This document shows positions 38,601-51,219 of a DNA stretch of 64,000 nucleotides, in pieces. A program made the position numbers and the translations under genes. The DNA is taken from positions 6,687,082 through 6,751,081 of the forward strand of contig NC_057758.1 in the NCBI RefSeq assembly GCF_004010195.1, in the 5' to 3' direction. The stretch comes from Chiloscyllium plagiosum. Its lineage: Eukaryota. Under the pieces are notes generated by a model. That model made no database searches, was not told the DNA's origin, and saw nothing but the letters and a program-made list of their open reading frames with translations. Every line of letters begins with the position of its first letter. Within the stretch, counting starts at the first letter, position 1.

Positions 38601-39966
38601 ATCTGCAGTGGTTGCAGATTGAAAACTTCTTGGTATTGCATTCCTCTAAGTCCAGTCTTCTTTGATCTATGTTGTATTAATAAATCTGTCTATATTGGCC
38701 CCGCCTCAAGATGTCTGTTGCACCCTAAACTGCTGAACAATAACCACGTCTATCTCCTTCTTTGAGATTGGTCTAGACCACCCCTCTTTGAACAAGGCTT
38801 GGTCAGCTGTCCATCATATAAGAATCATACAATTTTCCAGTACACAGCACGACTATTCAATCCATTGTTTCTGGCCAGGCTCCTGTAAGAGCTGCACAGT
38901 TAGCACTATATTCTGACTCTGCCTCCACATCCTTCTCAATTCATACCCTTCAAATGAATATAGAAGTCCCTTTTGAATCCTACTGTCGAATCTGCCTGCA
39001 CCTCTGTCCCTGGCATCGGGTTGCAAATTCCAACAGCTCTATGAATAATGAAGTCACTGAGTTACGGACCAGCGGATCTGTTCACTTTTATGCCAATGAA
39101 AGTTTCCGATCGCGTTTCACTTCCTGAGGCAAACGCACGGGAGCATTGCAGTCCCTCTTCCGAAATGTCTGCACAGTGTGAACAAACTGATTAGTTCTCA
39201 ATCGGCTATATCAATATCAGGCCAGAGCCGCAGCAGTAAACACAGGTCTGGTCTTCACAAACAATTAGTAGAAACCATTTCAAGCAATGTGCACTGTCGC
39301 GACACCAAAAAATCCACTTCGAAACGGGAGACAGCAATCTGTATTATTCTCGTTTTGTGCCTCTCAGTGAGACCAAAGGATGATACCTTCCTAACTCGAA
39401 TGGCCACATTAAAAATATTTTTCTCTTTTCTTCTGTCTCCTCGATCCAATCATTCCATGTGCTTTTAGAGAGAAGTTACTGCAGTAAAGTACCTTGTGGT
39501 GAAAGTGTTTCAGTAAGGAATGGAGGAGCATGCCCACACTTGCAAGTCTGCTGCATGCCTTTCTTGCCAGCGATGAAGAAGATACAACATAACAACGCTG
39601 GAAAATATTTGAGTTTCCGATTGGAGAGATCCGTCATCTTTTCAATTCAGGCTTGATTTCATGGTGTGAATCCAATGAGCCCTGGCAAACTACTTTCTCA
39701 GACACGTGAATTAAACTGAATGACAGCAGGAAAAATGAATTTCCAAGGTTCGTTTCCCATTCAGGTCATTCATTTAACATAGAGACAGTGAGGAGGGCAG
39801 CGTTTACAAAAAAGGCACGACAGCGCGATGGCATTGTCACTGTCGTAGCTTTGCTGCTGTGCAGGCCTTTGGTTACACAGCCATCGGAGGATTATGTTCA
39901 GTCCCGATGACCACAGCGTAGGAATTATATGGATACTTTGGGGAGGCTACAAAAGAGGTGTGGCAG

Positions 39967-40825
39967 NNNNNNNNNNNNNNNNNNNNNNNNNNNNNNNNNN
40001 NNNNNNNNNNNNNNNNNNNNNNNNNNNNNNNNNNNNNNNNNNNNNNNNNNNNNNNNNNNNNNNNNNNNNNNNNNNNNNNNNNNNNNNNNNNNNNNNNNNN
40101 NNNNNNNNNNNNNNNNNNNNNNNNNNNNNNNNNNNNNNNNNNNNNNNNNNNNNNNNNNNNNNNNNNNNNNNNNNNNNNNNNNNNNNNNNNNNNNNNNNNN
40201 NNNNNNNNNNNNNNNNNNNNNNNNNNNNNNNNNNNNNNNNNNNNNNNNNNNNNNNNNNNNNNNNNNNNNNNNNNNNNNNNNNNNNNNNNNNNNNNNNNNN
40301 NNNNNNNNNNNNNNNNNNNNNNNNNNNNNNNNNNNNNNNNNNNNNNNNNNNNNNNNNNNNNNNNNNNNNNNNNNNNNNNNNNNNNNNNNNNNNNNNNNNN
40401 NNNNNNNNNNNNNNNNNNNNNNNNNNNNNNNNNNNNNNNNNNNNNNNNNNNNNNNNNNNNNNNNNNNNNNNNNNNNNNNNNNNNNNNNNNNNNNNNNNNN
40501 NNNNNNNNNNNNNNNNNNNNNNNNNNNNNNNNNNNNNNNNNNNNNNNNNNNNNNNNNNNNNNNNNNNNNNNNNNNNNNNNNNNNNNNNNNNNNNNNNNNN
40601 NNNNNNNNNNNNNNNNNNNNNNNNNNNNNNNNNNNNNNNNNNNNNNNNNNNNNNNNNNNNNNNNNNNNNNNNNNNNNNNNNNNNNNNNNNNNNNNNNNNN
40701 NNNNNNNNNNNNNNNNNNNNNNNNNNNNNNNNNNNNNNNNNNNNNNNNNNNNNNNNNNNNNNNNNNNNNNNNNNNNNNNNNNNNNNNNNNNNNNNNNNNN
40801 NNNNNNNNNNNNNNNNNNNNNNNNN
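39967..40825. other. Assembly gap (859 N)
   Basis: N run. Confidence 1.
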
Positions 40826-41564
40826 GTTGAGGGGAAAATGCTTCAACGGGAGTATTGTGGGATCTAGAATTATTTGGCTGGGCGTGTAGCTCAGCTGTGA
40901 AACCTCGCAATCTTTGAAAAGCCCGATCATTGAACGCTAAGCGCTAAGTTTTGGAATGTGTGACAAGTGTAGCTTTTGTTTTGCATGCCACGATGCCGAC
41001 TCAATTAGGCTGAAGTGCCTCGCCTACATTCTTTGACTCTATGGTCGATCACACACAAACCACAGCCTGCAGGCATAGTCGCTCAATCATTCTGCACCCT
41101 TTCTTTGGAGAAGGGTTAGGAGATGTGATGTTTCGCTCACAGGGGAGTAAGGCATCACCCTGTTGCATCACACTGAGAATCACCGTGTTTTCGCGTTCTG
41201 AGCTCGAAGACAGGGATGGAAAATGGGAATCACACTTGCTCGGATCAGGAGACAAAATTTATCCTGCATGCTAGCCGAACACAAAAAAGAAACAAAATTT
41301 GTGTCAATTCTATCCACATTGTGCAAACAGGGAGGAAACTTAACAGCAGGGTTGACTTGCATCAGGAGGTGAATGAACCATTGAGGGGCAGAACACACTG
41401 AAAGAGTGTTCGTATTCCGTCAGCAGGAATTGGTTGAAGAAGCAGCCAGACGTTCTTCGTGGAGTTTTTCAACATCTGGTAAACGTCGACAGCAACGCTT
41501 CTATTGCTTCTCCATCCTTCGCATAACGTGGCAACCAGAACTGTATGCAATTTGCAAATGCGAC

Positions 41565-42730
41565 CGCACCAGAATCGGCGCTGCCTCGTGCTCCCACGAG
41601 GTGGTTGAACAGTTAATCCACTTTACCAACACCTTCCACCCCGACCTCAAATTTACCTGGACCGTCTTAGACTCCTCCCTCCCCTTCCTAGACCTCTCCA
41701 TTTCTATCTCGGGCGACCGAATCAACACGGACATTTACTATAAACTGACCGACTCCCACAGCTACCTAGACCACAACTCCNNNNNNNNNNNNNNNNNNNN
41801 NNNNNNNNNNNNNNNNNNNNNNNNNNNNNNNNNNNNNNNNNNNNNNNNNNNNNNNNNNNNNNNNNNNNNNNNNNNNNNNNNNNNNNNNNNNNNNNNNNNN
41901 NNNNNNNNNNNNNNNNNNNNNNNNNNNNNNNNNNNNNNNNNNNNNNNNNNNNNNNNNNNNNNNNNNNNNNNNNNNNNNNNNNNNNNNNNNNNNNNNNNNN
42001 NNNNNNNNNNNNNNNNNNNNNNNNNNNNNNNNNNNNNNNNNNNNNNNNNNNNNNNNNNNNNNNNNNNNNNNNNNNNNNNNNNNNNNNNNNNNNNNNNNNN
42101 NNNNNNNNNNNNNNNNNNNNNNNNNNNNNNNNNNNNNNNNNNNNNNNNNNNNNNNNNNNNNNNNNNNNNNNNNNNNNNNNNNNNNNNNNNNNNNNNNNNN
42201 NNNNNNNNNNNNNNNNNNNNNNNNNNNNNNNNNNNNNNNNNNNNNNNNNNNNNNNNNNNNNNNNNNNNNNNNNNNNNNNNNNNNNNNNNNNNNNNNNNNN
42301 NNNNNNNNNNNNNNNNNNNNNNNNNNNNNNNNNNNNNNNNNNNNNNNNNNNNNNNNNNNNNNNNNNNNNNNNNNNNNNNNNNNNNNNNNNNNNNNNNNNN
42401 NNNNNNNNNNNNNNNNNNNNNNNNNNNNNNNNNGGCCTCCGACTTCGAACTCAGCACCTCCTTCCTAACCTGCAATCTTCTTCCTGACCTCTCCTCCCCC
42501 ATCCCCTCTCCGGCCTATCACCCTCACATTATCTCCCTCACCTTTACCTCCTTCCACATATCGCATTTCCAACGCCCCTCTCCCAAGTCCCTCCTCCCTA
42601 CCTTTTCTCTTCGCCTGCTTGGCACACTTTTCTCATTCCTGAAGAAGGGCTCATGCCCGGAACATCGATTCTCCTGCTCTTTGGATGCTGTCTGACCTGC
42701 TGCGCTTTTCCAGCAACACATTTTCAGCTT
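41565..42730 (+). mobile_element. Relatively young PLE spanning a 653-N gap (RT fragment to pLTR)
   Basis: IGAASCSHEVVEQLIHFTNTFHPDLKFTWTVLDSSLPFLDLSISISGDRINTDIYYKLTDSHSYLD; after the gap, pLTR cattcctgaagaagggctcatgccc...ttttccagcaacacattttcagct. Confidence 0.88.
41781..42433. other. Assembly gap (653 N)
   Basis: N run inside a PLE. Confidence 1.
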
Positions 42731-43084
42731 GCACCAGAGATTTGTACAGCTGCAATATGACCGCGAAACACAATAACTCTACCAATAAAACGTACCACAT
42801 GGTACACTTTTTTGCCAACTCTATCAACCCGGGTGTCAACTGTGAAGGGAACTATACGCATGGACACCGAGATCTCTGTGCTCGTCAACGCTATCATGAA
42901 CCCAGTACGCTCTATTCCTTTTAATCCTTCCAAAGTGAATCATCTCACACTCTTCCACATTAAACTGCATCTCTCAGCCCAGCTCCACAGCTTATCTATG
43001 GCCCTCTGAAAAATGCAACATCCTTCCGCACTGTCCACATTTCCATTGTCTTTAGTATCATCCGCAAATTTATTTGTCCATCCT

Positions 43085-43712
43085 TACCTCTTCGACATAT
43101 GCACCAATGAACACACTGTGGCCAAACATTTTGACACGCACTCCCACTCCGCCAAGGACATGGAAATCCTGGACTTCCTCCAGGACAAACCTTTAGCCAC
43201 CAGACGCCCGGCGGAAGAGCGCCTCCTTTTCCGCCATGAGGCGCTGCAGACACACGGGATCGATGTAGACTTCACCAGTTTCTTAATTTTACCTTCGACC
43301 ATCTTATTCAAGATCCAAACTTCCAACGTGTTTCCGCTGTCTTGCATTGTCCTTGTCCATCTTATTTCCCACCTATCCACTCCATCCTCCATTCCTGATG
43401 AAGGGCTCTGGCCCGAAACGTCAATTTTTCTGCTACTCGTATGCTGTCCGACTTGCTGTGCTCTTTCAGCACCACTCAAATCTGGACTCCATCCTCCTGT
43501 AATATCACCATCACCCCCCACGTCCATGTACTTATCGCATTCCAGGCGATCTTCCCTCAGCCCCTTTACACACCCTTTTATGTCTCAGCCCTTAGGCCAC
43601 CCATCAGTCCTGTTGAAGAGCTGATGTTCGGAACGTGGACACTTTCTTATCCGGTGCTGCCTGACCTGTGGAATCCAGCATCGCACCAATCGACTCTGAT
43701 CTCGAGCGACTG
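43085..43712 (+). mobile_element. PLE 3' end with tandem pseudo-LTR remnants
   Basis: VAKHFDTHSHSAKDMEILDFL...EERLLFR...HGIDVDFTSF, followed by two pLTR-like blocks (43391-43480 and 43605-43712). Confidence 0.75.
43391..43426 (+). ncRNA. Minimal type I hammerhead ribozyme motif in a PLE pseudo-LTR
   Basis: attc-CTGATGA-A-GGGC-tctg-GCCC-GAAA-C-GTC-aatt: intact CUGANGA and GAAA core, 4-bp stem II and GUC triplet; stem I is imperfect. Confidence 0.6.
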
Positions 43713-44086
43713 TTGATTTAATTTAAACCCTCCGAAGACCATTTGCAAATCCACCCCAACCCAAGAACACTGGTGCCACTGTGGTTTAGGTGTAGATCAT
43801 GCGTTTGTAGAAATACCACCTACACCAGTATGACTTCCAATTATCGAAGTGTCTGAATCCATCTCTCCTGCACAGTGGCTTTCTATAAGTTTCAACTAAA
43901 CTCTCGCTTTCTATTCTTCTCCTCACCTGCAGTTGGCACGGTTCACAAACAAGCCATATCCTGTTGGGAATTTTCTGTAGGTTTCCAAAAAGCTTCCACC
44001 CTGGCTCATTGAATTCCTACCTTACATCCCAATCCGTTTCCCTGCTTATGTCATGAGTTCTACGTAGAGACGGAGAGATGGAACTT

Positions 44087-45876
44087 GTCAATGGTAACCA
44101 TGGCACTTTGGTCTGGAGTCACCTATAGACCCAGACCAAGTCAATGTTAATCACAGTGATGTTGGCCTTGACTGGCATGCAGAGGCACAGTCGGTCAGTG
44201 ATAAGCACAGAGTTGTTTTTTCTAGAATCACGTGCAGATAGAGAGCTGAACATGGGTAACCACTGTATGTGGGTCCACAGTCATACGTGAAGAGAGAGCT
44301 AATCAATTATGCCTACAGTGTTGTCGGTCTGGAATCACGGGTCGGTCGAGAGCAGGTGAGTGGTTAATACACAGCTGTTGTCAGACCGAAGAATAGAACA
44401 CAAAATAGTTGCAAATACAGTTCTGTGAGACTGTTATCACTGGAGAGATAGACCAGGTTAATAGTTGGTACAGTGTTGTGGATCTGGAATCACGTGCAGA
44501 GACAGAGTTGTCAGTGGTCACTAAGTACTGTGGTTCTGGATTCACATGTACAGACACAAGAAGTCAGTGAGAAACACAACGTTGAAGATCTGGCGTCACA
44601 TGTTGATCCAGAACAGGTCAGAGACATTGCCAGTGTTGTGGGCTCCGAGTTTCAGTTCGAGATATAGCAGGTCAGTGGGAACAAGAGTGCTGAAGATCTG
44701 GAGTCACAAGCAGTGTCCAGAAGAGTTCAATATGATCCGCAGTACTGTTGGTCGGGAGTTAAATCCAGAGATTGAGCAGGTCAGTAATAACCCAATGTGC
44801 TGTGGATTTACGGACACAAGGAGAGACTCAACATGTCGTTCATAAACATAGTGCTTAAGATCTGCAGTCACGTAATGGTCCAGAACAGGTTAACATAGAT
44901 CACTGTCCTCCGGTCTGGATTAAATTGTAAACCCAGACCAGGGCAAACGTAACAACATAGCTGTGGGCGTGGTGTCACGTGTGGCAATATAATAGGTCTG
45001 TGGTTGCCACAATGCTAAATGTCTGTGGTCACATGTAGACACAGGTCATCCCAGTGGTAACCACAGGTCTTTGTCCGAGTTTCATTTAAGATCAGAGCAG
45101 AATCATAGGACCCAAAAGCGAGGATGGGTTGGTGTCATATGACTAGAAAGCACAGGTCAGTGTTAACCACAGTGCTATACTTCTGGACACGCATGCAGAC
45201 ACAGATTAGTAAAGTCAAAACCAAGGTGATGTTGGCCAGGAGATACATGCAGAGACAGATTAGACCAGTGGGAATAAGAGTGCTGTGGGTCTCGTGTAAA
45301 ACGTAGAAATTGAATAGTTCGGTGATAACCAGCGTGCCTCCGATGTGGAGACAATGCAGAAATACAGCAGATGAGTGATCAACACTGTGTTATGGCCTGG
45401 ACATATATGTCAGCCCAGAGGAGGTCAGACACACCGGCATGAAGACTCAAATATGGTCAACAGCAAACATGATGCTGTGGATCTGCAGTTACGTCTGTGT
45501 CCAGAACACGTCAGTGGGAAAAACAGTGCTTTGAAGTTGGAGTTACATGTAGCGATAGAACATGTCAATGGAAACCATAATATTGCTTTGTTTTGGATAT
45601 ACATCGGGCGTTACAGCAGGTCAATGCAAACCACAGTAGCGCTGTACTTGGAGTTATATGCAGACACAGAACAGGTCAATGGTAGACATAGGTCCAGTGC
45701 AACATGTCGACACATGAGCAAGTCAGAGGAACTGATGGTACTTTTGGCCTGGAATCATATATGGTACAAGTCAATGGTGACCATCATGCTGTGGGCATAG
45801 AGTCACATATAGAGAACTGTAAGTGAATGGTGATCACAATTCTTTGGGCCTAGAGTCACATGCAGAGACACAGCAT
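44087..45876. repeat. Degenerate 54-bp tandem array, about 33 units
   Basis: Unit starts at 44563, 44617 and 44671 are exactly 54 bp apart. Approximate consensus GTCAGTGGTAACCACAGTGCTGTGGGTCTGGAGTCACATGTAGAGACAGAGCAG. Confidence 0.88.
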
Positions 45877-46459
45877 GTCACAATGGATTCATGATCATTA
45901 CTAAACTCATAATTCCAGATACAGCAAGTTCACACTGACCATGCAAAGAGCATCCCAGCCAGATTGCACCACTACCCTACCTCGAAAGTTGCACTTCCTA
46001 TGGCTTATGCACCTAACCTGCATTTTCTTGTTTCACTTGGGAGTTTATCTTGACCAATGCACAAAACATGCACATCTTTCGACTGTGTGTGAAACAACAG
46101 AATATTCAAACGTGGAATCTCTTCCCGCTACAATCGGTGTACTGTTCCATTACCCCTGGCGAGTAAGTGGTTGCCAATTCTTCCTGCAATTTTTAGCACT
46201 GGAGATGTGGTGATTGGTACAATCAAAATATTTCATGAGTTTCAAAGCAGACTGCAAACTAAACCCAGAGGTGGACAGGGGTTGGAATTCCATGGTGGCA
46301 GATGGGGATGTTTGCAGATATCAGGAGAATGTGCAAACTCAACACAGGCAATGTCCCGAGAGCGGAGTCAAACCTGACTGACTTAAGCACTACGATATTA
46401 GCGTTAAATGATACAACTCAATGAAATAACTTGAGAGGAGATACAGCTTCCTGAGCCTG

Positions 46460-46532
46460 ACATGATATGATCTGATATGATATGCTATAACATAATAGAA
46501 TGTAACATAATATAATATGATATGATATAATA
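46460..46532. repeat. Degenerate (ATATG/ATAAC)n pentanucleotide repeat
   Basis: catgatatgatctgatatgatatgctataacataatagaatgtaacataatataatatgatatgatataat. Confidence 0.8.
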
Positions 46533-46889
46533 TTTAAAGTGTCATTTAATAAGAAGGCGTTATGCATGGTGTTTGGAGTTAAATGCATTAAAAGACATGG
46601 GGACAAAGCAGGGAAATGGGATTGAGTTGAATGATCAGCCAAGACAATATTGAATATTGCAGCAGGGTCTCAAGACAGAATGGCCTGCTCCAGCTCATCG
46701 TTTCAATGTTACTTTGTGAAATGGATAATAAAGTGACTCATTCGTGACCATCTTAATAACCTCGTTCCACGGGGACAAGCAGAATGGCAATCTGTTCCGT
46801 GAGCGAGGTAAATGTTTGACAAGCAGAAAGCACAGTTCAAAATAAACTGCTGCAGATCAGGTGAAAGTTTCAGAAATGTGAAAATCAAA

Positions 46890-47120
46890 CTTTTCTCATG
46901 GCCCATGAGACTCGCTGACTGGGATCATCATTTATTGCCTCTCCCTAGTTGTCTCTAGAAACCATCATATCGCTGTGTGTCTGTAATGACGTGATGCCAC
47001 ACTGGGTCAGGTCAGCAGAATTTCTTCCATAAAGAACGAGTGAGTTGGACGCGTGTTTGCAGCAATTGGCAATGCTTAGCATTGGGCTTGCTGTCATTTC
47101 ATAATTCTAGATTTTCATGG
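46890..47120 (-). mobile_element. Old SINE fragment (resembles the elasmobranch SacSINE1/DeuSINE type as I recall it)
   Basis: catttattgcctctccctagtt...catatcgctgtgtgtctgtaatgacgtg...gcagaatttcttccataaag...ataattctagat; family assignment from memory. Confidence 0.5.
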
Positions 47121-47382
47121 AATCATGGGATCATATCGAGCAGATTGCGACCCATTCAACTTGTATCTACTCCGGAATCACCTTCACAAAAAGTTCCATG
47201 CTCCAGTCCTATCTCCAGAGAGCTGTCAATTCATCCATTTTGCATTGTCTCGTGACAGTTATTCTATGAAGTTGGCTGATATGGAGCTGACAGTGATGAA
47301 CCTGTCAATGTAATTTCTCACCATTGCCTCCGATGGCAACATGGTACAAATCGTCACAATCTGAAATTAGACACATATTACG

Positions 47383-47453
47383 AATTGCTGTGCTCTTCCA
47401 GCACCACTGATCCAGAATCTGGTTTCCAGCATCTGCAGTCATTGTTTTTACCT
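47383..47453 (+). mobile_element. 71-bp PLE 3'-terminal insertion with an 11-bp TSD
   Basis: cacatattacg at 47372-47382 and 47454-47464 flanks aattgctgtgctcttccagcaccac...ccagcatctgcagtcattgtttttacct. Confidence 0.85.
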
Positions 47454-47519
47454 CACATATTACGGAATGTTAGCAATGCACTCATCAGTTTTATTGACGT
47501 TTCAAAAACAGTGAGTTCG

Positions 47520-47995
47520 GGTTCATGGAGATGAGGACAATCACGACGGGCCCAGGATACAGAGACTTGTGCTGGCCAACCATTTCATCACCCTCGCTGA
47601 TCTGTCCAGTCTGAGGCTCCTTCACGGCCTAAAGACGGCCACCCACAAACTGGAGGAGGGATATGTCATCTTCAACTTCAGGGATCTACAAGCACACCGT
47701 CTCAACATTAACTTCACCAGTTTCAAAATCTACCCTCCCACTGCTCCATCCTAGAGTCAAACCTCCATTCTCCTATCCGCTCCACCTTTCCCATTGACCT
47801 AACACAATCACCTCCAACCTTTGTCCACTTATCGTATTCCCAACTACTTTTCTCCCAGCACCAAACCCACTCATCATTTCTAAGTCCCGTCCCACTCTCC
47901 GGACTGTTGAAGATTCCTGCCCGAAACGACAGCCGTCCTGAACCTTCGGTGCTGCCTGACCTTGTATGCGTTAACCAATGCCACATTTTATCGAC
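47520..47995 (+). mobile_element. Old PLE 3' fragment
   Basis: LANHFITL...KLEEGYVIFNFRDLQAHRLNINFTSFKI, then a pLTR remnant ctgttgaagattcctgcccgaaacg. Confidence 0.7.
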
Positions 47996-49214
47996 TTTGC
48001 ACCATCACAAAGAACTGGACAGTTTTCATCCTCTGCTGATTTACTGCTGTAGTATAACCTACTTGGAAGATGTGACGTCCTCATTTGATAAAGCAGGCTA
48101 TCTTGTGGTTCATAACTGCAAAGTCCACAACACAGACAGAGTCCATGACACACACATGAATCATTTCACTCATGAATCAAAGAGAAACACGCACAAGTGT
48201 GCACTCAACTGCAGGACCGACGACATGTCCTGGCATATACACACGTGAAGTCACCGATGCACAGTCACACATACACAGTCGCACAGACACCACAAACACA
48301 TCCACATGCTCAGTCAAACAGAGACTCATCTCTAATTATGCATTGTAGACAGTGTGCTGTAAAAATGTTTGGGCATATCCCTTATGATCTTTACCTCGAC
48401 TGATGGCCGAATTGAATCTTCGTTGTTGACAATATCCAGCACGTCAAATTGTCAATCCAGCGACCCAGCCTCAACATGGACACAATAGCCATGACATGAA
48501 TGTTTCAAGTTTAACGACTGTTCGCAGGTGCTGTTAGAAAGGAATAAGACGAGGAGGAGCATTTGAACCAAATACAGAAACAAACGTAGTGTGATTTCGC
48601 GAAATACTGATGAGGGCGGAAGGTGGCGAGAATCTTAAGGTGTCTTAGAATGTTGAATAGACGTGTAATAACTAATGAGTAATGTCAATGTTTTAATGTG
48701 GGAGATAAATCTTGCAATTTTCACATACTCAGCTTCCAAGGTTAGTGAAGAATTGGCTGGTCTGTTCGAGAGTTTCTTATTGGTGCCAGAGTACTGGTGG
48801 TAAATCTCGAGGTCTGCTTCTCGGGGTTGGGTGAGATTCTGTTACTGGTCGTGATGCACCAATGGGAACTGCGACAAGGCGGATTTCAGAAACGTGAAAA
48901 ATTCTTTCAAGTTTGGTTGCCTGGAACATGCCATGAGAACGAGAGCTGAAAGCTTAATCAGTCATGTACGCCTGGAAGTCGATATGTTATCAGAAAGGAA
49001 AGTCACAGCAAAACCAGCTGGAAAAGACAAGGAACAAATCATTCAGCCTCGAAACGCATCACTCCCTGCAGAATTTTAGTGGGTGTAAAGCGAGACTGTT
49101 GCTTTTTTCCCATGTCAACGATGGTCCCAACAATGAGCAGCAATTACTAACTTCAAAGAAAACATTACCGCACACTTTAATGTTGGTTTTGTCCTTCCGT
49201 GGTTTCAAGAAGAA

Positions 49215-50792
49215 ATGATGGAGATGACAGTGGCCGTGTACGTTGGGACGACTGACCATAGATCTATTGATTTTACAATAATTAGAGCGAGGGAGAAAAC
49301 CGGTCCACAGTTCAACTTCTAAATTGGGGCAAGGTGGATTTTGATGGATTTAGAAGGGAGCTTGCAGGAGTTGGTTGGAATATTTTGTTGCAAGCAAAAG
49401 GGACCTCCAGCAAGTGGGAGGACTTTCAAACTGAGATTGTTCGAGGATAAGGTCCACATATTCCTCTGAGGGTGAAGGCTAACACGGACAAGAATAGGGA
49501 ACACAGCATGACAATAAATATTGCGGCTTCGAGCAGAAAAAAAAGACGGATGTATAGATCAGGTAGAGGCACCTGGGATCAAAGGAATCTCAGATGCTAT
49601 ATTGGGAATACAGGAGTTCGGTGAGGAAGAACAACAGTGTGGCGAAAGGGAGCACGGATAGACTTGGCTGAGCAGATTAAGGTGAATCCAAAGAGGTGGT
49701 TTAAGTATACTAAAGAAAAATCAACAACTAGAGAGAAAATGTGACTCGTCAAGGACTAAGTGATCATGAATATGCAGATCTGCGGGTAAACGGGCGAGGT
49801 CCTCCATGAATATTTCTAGTCTGTGTTTCCGGTGGAGAAAGATATCAACACTTGGGAACTTCGGGAAGTTTTTGGTGCTATCTTTGGCAAAGTCCATATC
49901 ACAGTTGAGGAGATGTTTGATGCATTAGAATGCATGGATTTGGAAAATCTCCTGATCCTGAACAGGTTTATTCATAAACACAGAACATCACAGCACAGTA
50001 CAGCTCTTCAACACTCAATCTTGCACCGATCTGTGAAACCAATCCGAAGCACATGGAACCATTACTATTTCGTTGTCATCCATTGGTTATCTAATGAATA
50101 TTAATTGACCATATATTTGGTCAAAAAGAGACAGGGCAGTGAAGAAGCCTTGCAGCACACCTACTTTCATCAGCCAGGGCATTGAGTGTAGAAGTTTGGA
50201 AGTCATGTGTCATTTGCAAAGGGGCTTTGCTCTGGTCGCACGTCGCGAATTCTGTTCAGTTTTAGTCACCTTGCTATAAAAAAGGATTTTATTAAACAGC
50301 AAAGAGTGCAGAATAATTTCACAATAATGTTGCCAGGATTCAATGGTCTGTTTTATAGGGAGAGATTGGACAACTAGTACTTCTTTTCTTCAGAGCACAG
50401 GGCACTATGAGGGGATTTTATCGAAGTGCAGAGATCTTGAGAAACATGGATAGGGTGAATGCACTCAGTCTCTTTCACACGGTTGTCCAACTGAAGATGA
50501 GATGGAATCAGTTTAAGTTGAGAGGGGAAAAAACAAGGGAGCCTGAGAGGTAACTATTTCCACAGAGGGTGGTAAGCATTAGAAATGGAATGAGCTGACA
50601 GCAGAAGTGGTTGGCCAGGTTCATTAACAATATTTAAAATACACTTGACGCAATACATAGATAGGAAACGTTTCAAAGGATATTGGATAAGTGCAGGGAA
50701 ATGGAGTTAACGTTGGTTGACAATTTGATTGGCGTCGACCAGTTTAGGCCAAAGTATCTGTCTCCGTGCACTATGGCTCTGCATCTCTATGA
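49215..50792 (+). mobile_element. Internally deleted CR1 ORF2 and 3' UTR (mirror copy at ~61654-63227, -)
   Basis: gggacgactgaccatagatct (SDH-like), aaggtgaatccaaagaggtggtttaagtat (NPK.F..Y), VFPVEKD; 3' UTR cacagagggtggtaag...gcatctctatga. Confidence 0.75.
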
Positions 50793-51219
50793 ACCCAGAT
50801 CTCCTGGAAAAAAGATGAGGACACTTTATGTTAGCATTAGAGCCCCCAGCAGACTGCCTATTATTGTTAGTTGAGTTCCTATAACACGGACTCACTGGTC
50901 ACAAAGCTCATTTCTATCTCCCATGGATATGAAAAGGCTAACTGAACATTGTTGAGTGCCCCCATATGACTGAATAACCTGTCTGGTTACAATATAGTGA
51001 CTCATTGGATCTCCTTATTGGTTAGAGAGTGGTGAACAGGTTTCTTTTGCCTTCCTAATTCTTGTTATTCCTCCACGCCCATCCCAACCACTCCCTCTCC
51101 GCCTTCTGGTCGGGTTTTTCGAAAGCAGTGCAGTTTTCCAAAGTTTAAATTTGTTGCTATCTGATCGGTGAAAGTATTATAACAGAAAGTGTGAGTGAGA
51201 AAAATAAAATTCAATTCAT

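Noticed and set aside
39170..39450. EDQTCVYCC resembling the immunoglobulin V-domain D-x-A-x-Y-x-C motif (minus strand)
   Set aside because: The frame has stops, no first Cys/Trp framework can be placed, and no RSS follows.
39873..42695. Long ORFs in the ORF track spanning N runs (also around 4.8-5.5, 34.3-35.2 and 56.0-56.8 kb)
   Set aside because: Artefacts of translating through gaps.
44150..45400. CACAGTG/CACTGTG heptamers as V(D)J recombination signal sequences
   Set aside because: The heptamers I checked have no ACAAAAACC-like nonamer at 12 or 23 bp, and no V, D or J segments are nearby; the motif is simply part of the repeat unit.
44087..45876. CRISPR-like array or 18-codon coding repeat
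   Set aside because: There is no invariant repeat with unique spacers; divergence is spread across whole units; there are no cas genes and the context is eukaryotic. Frames contain frequent stops and some units have indels.
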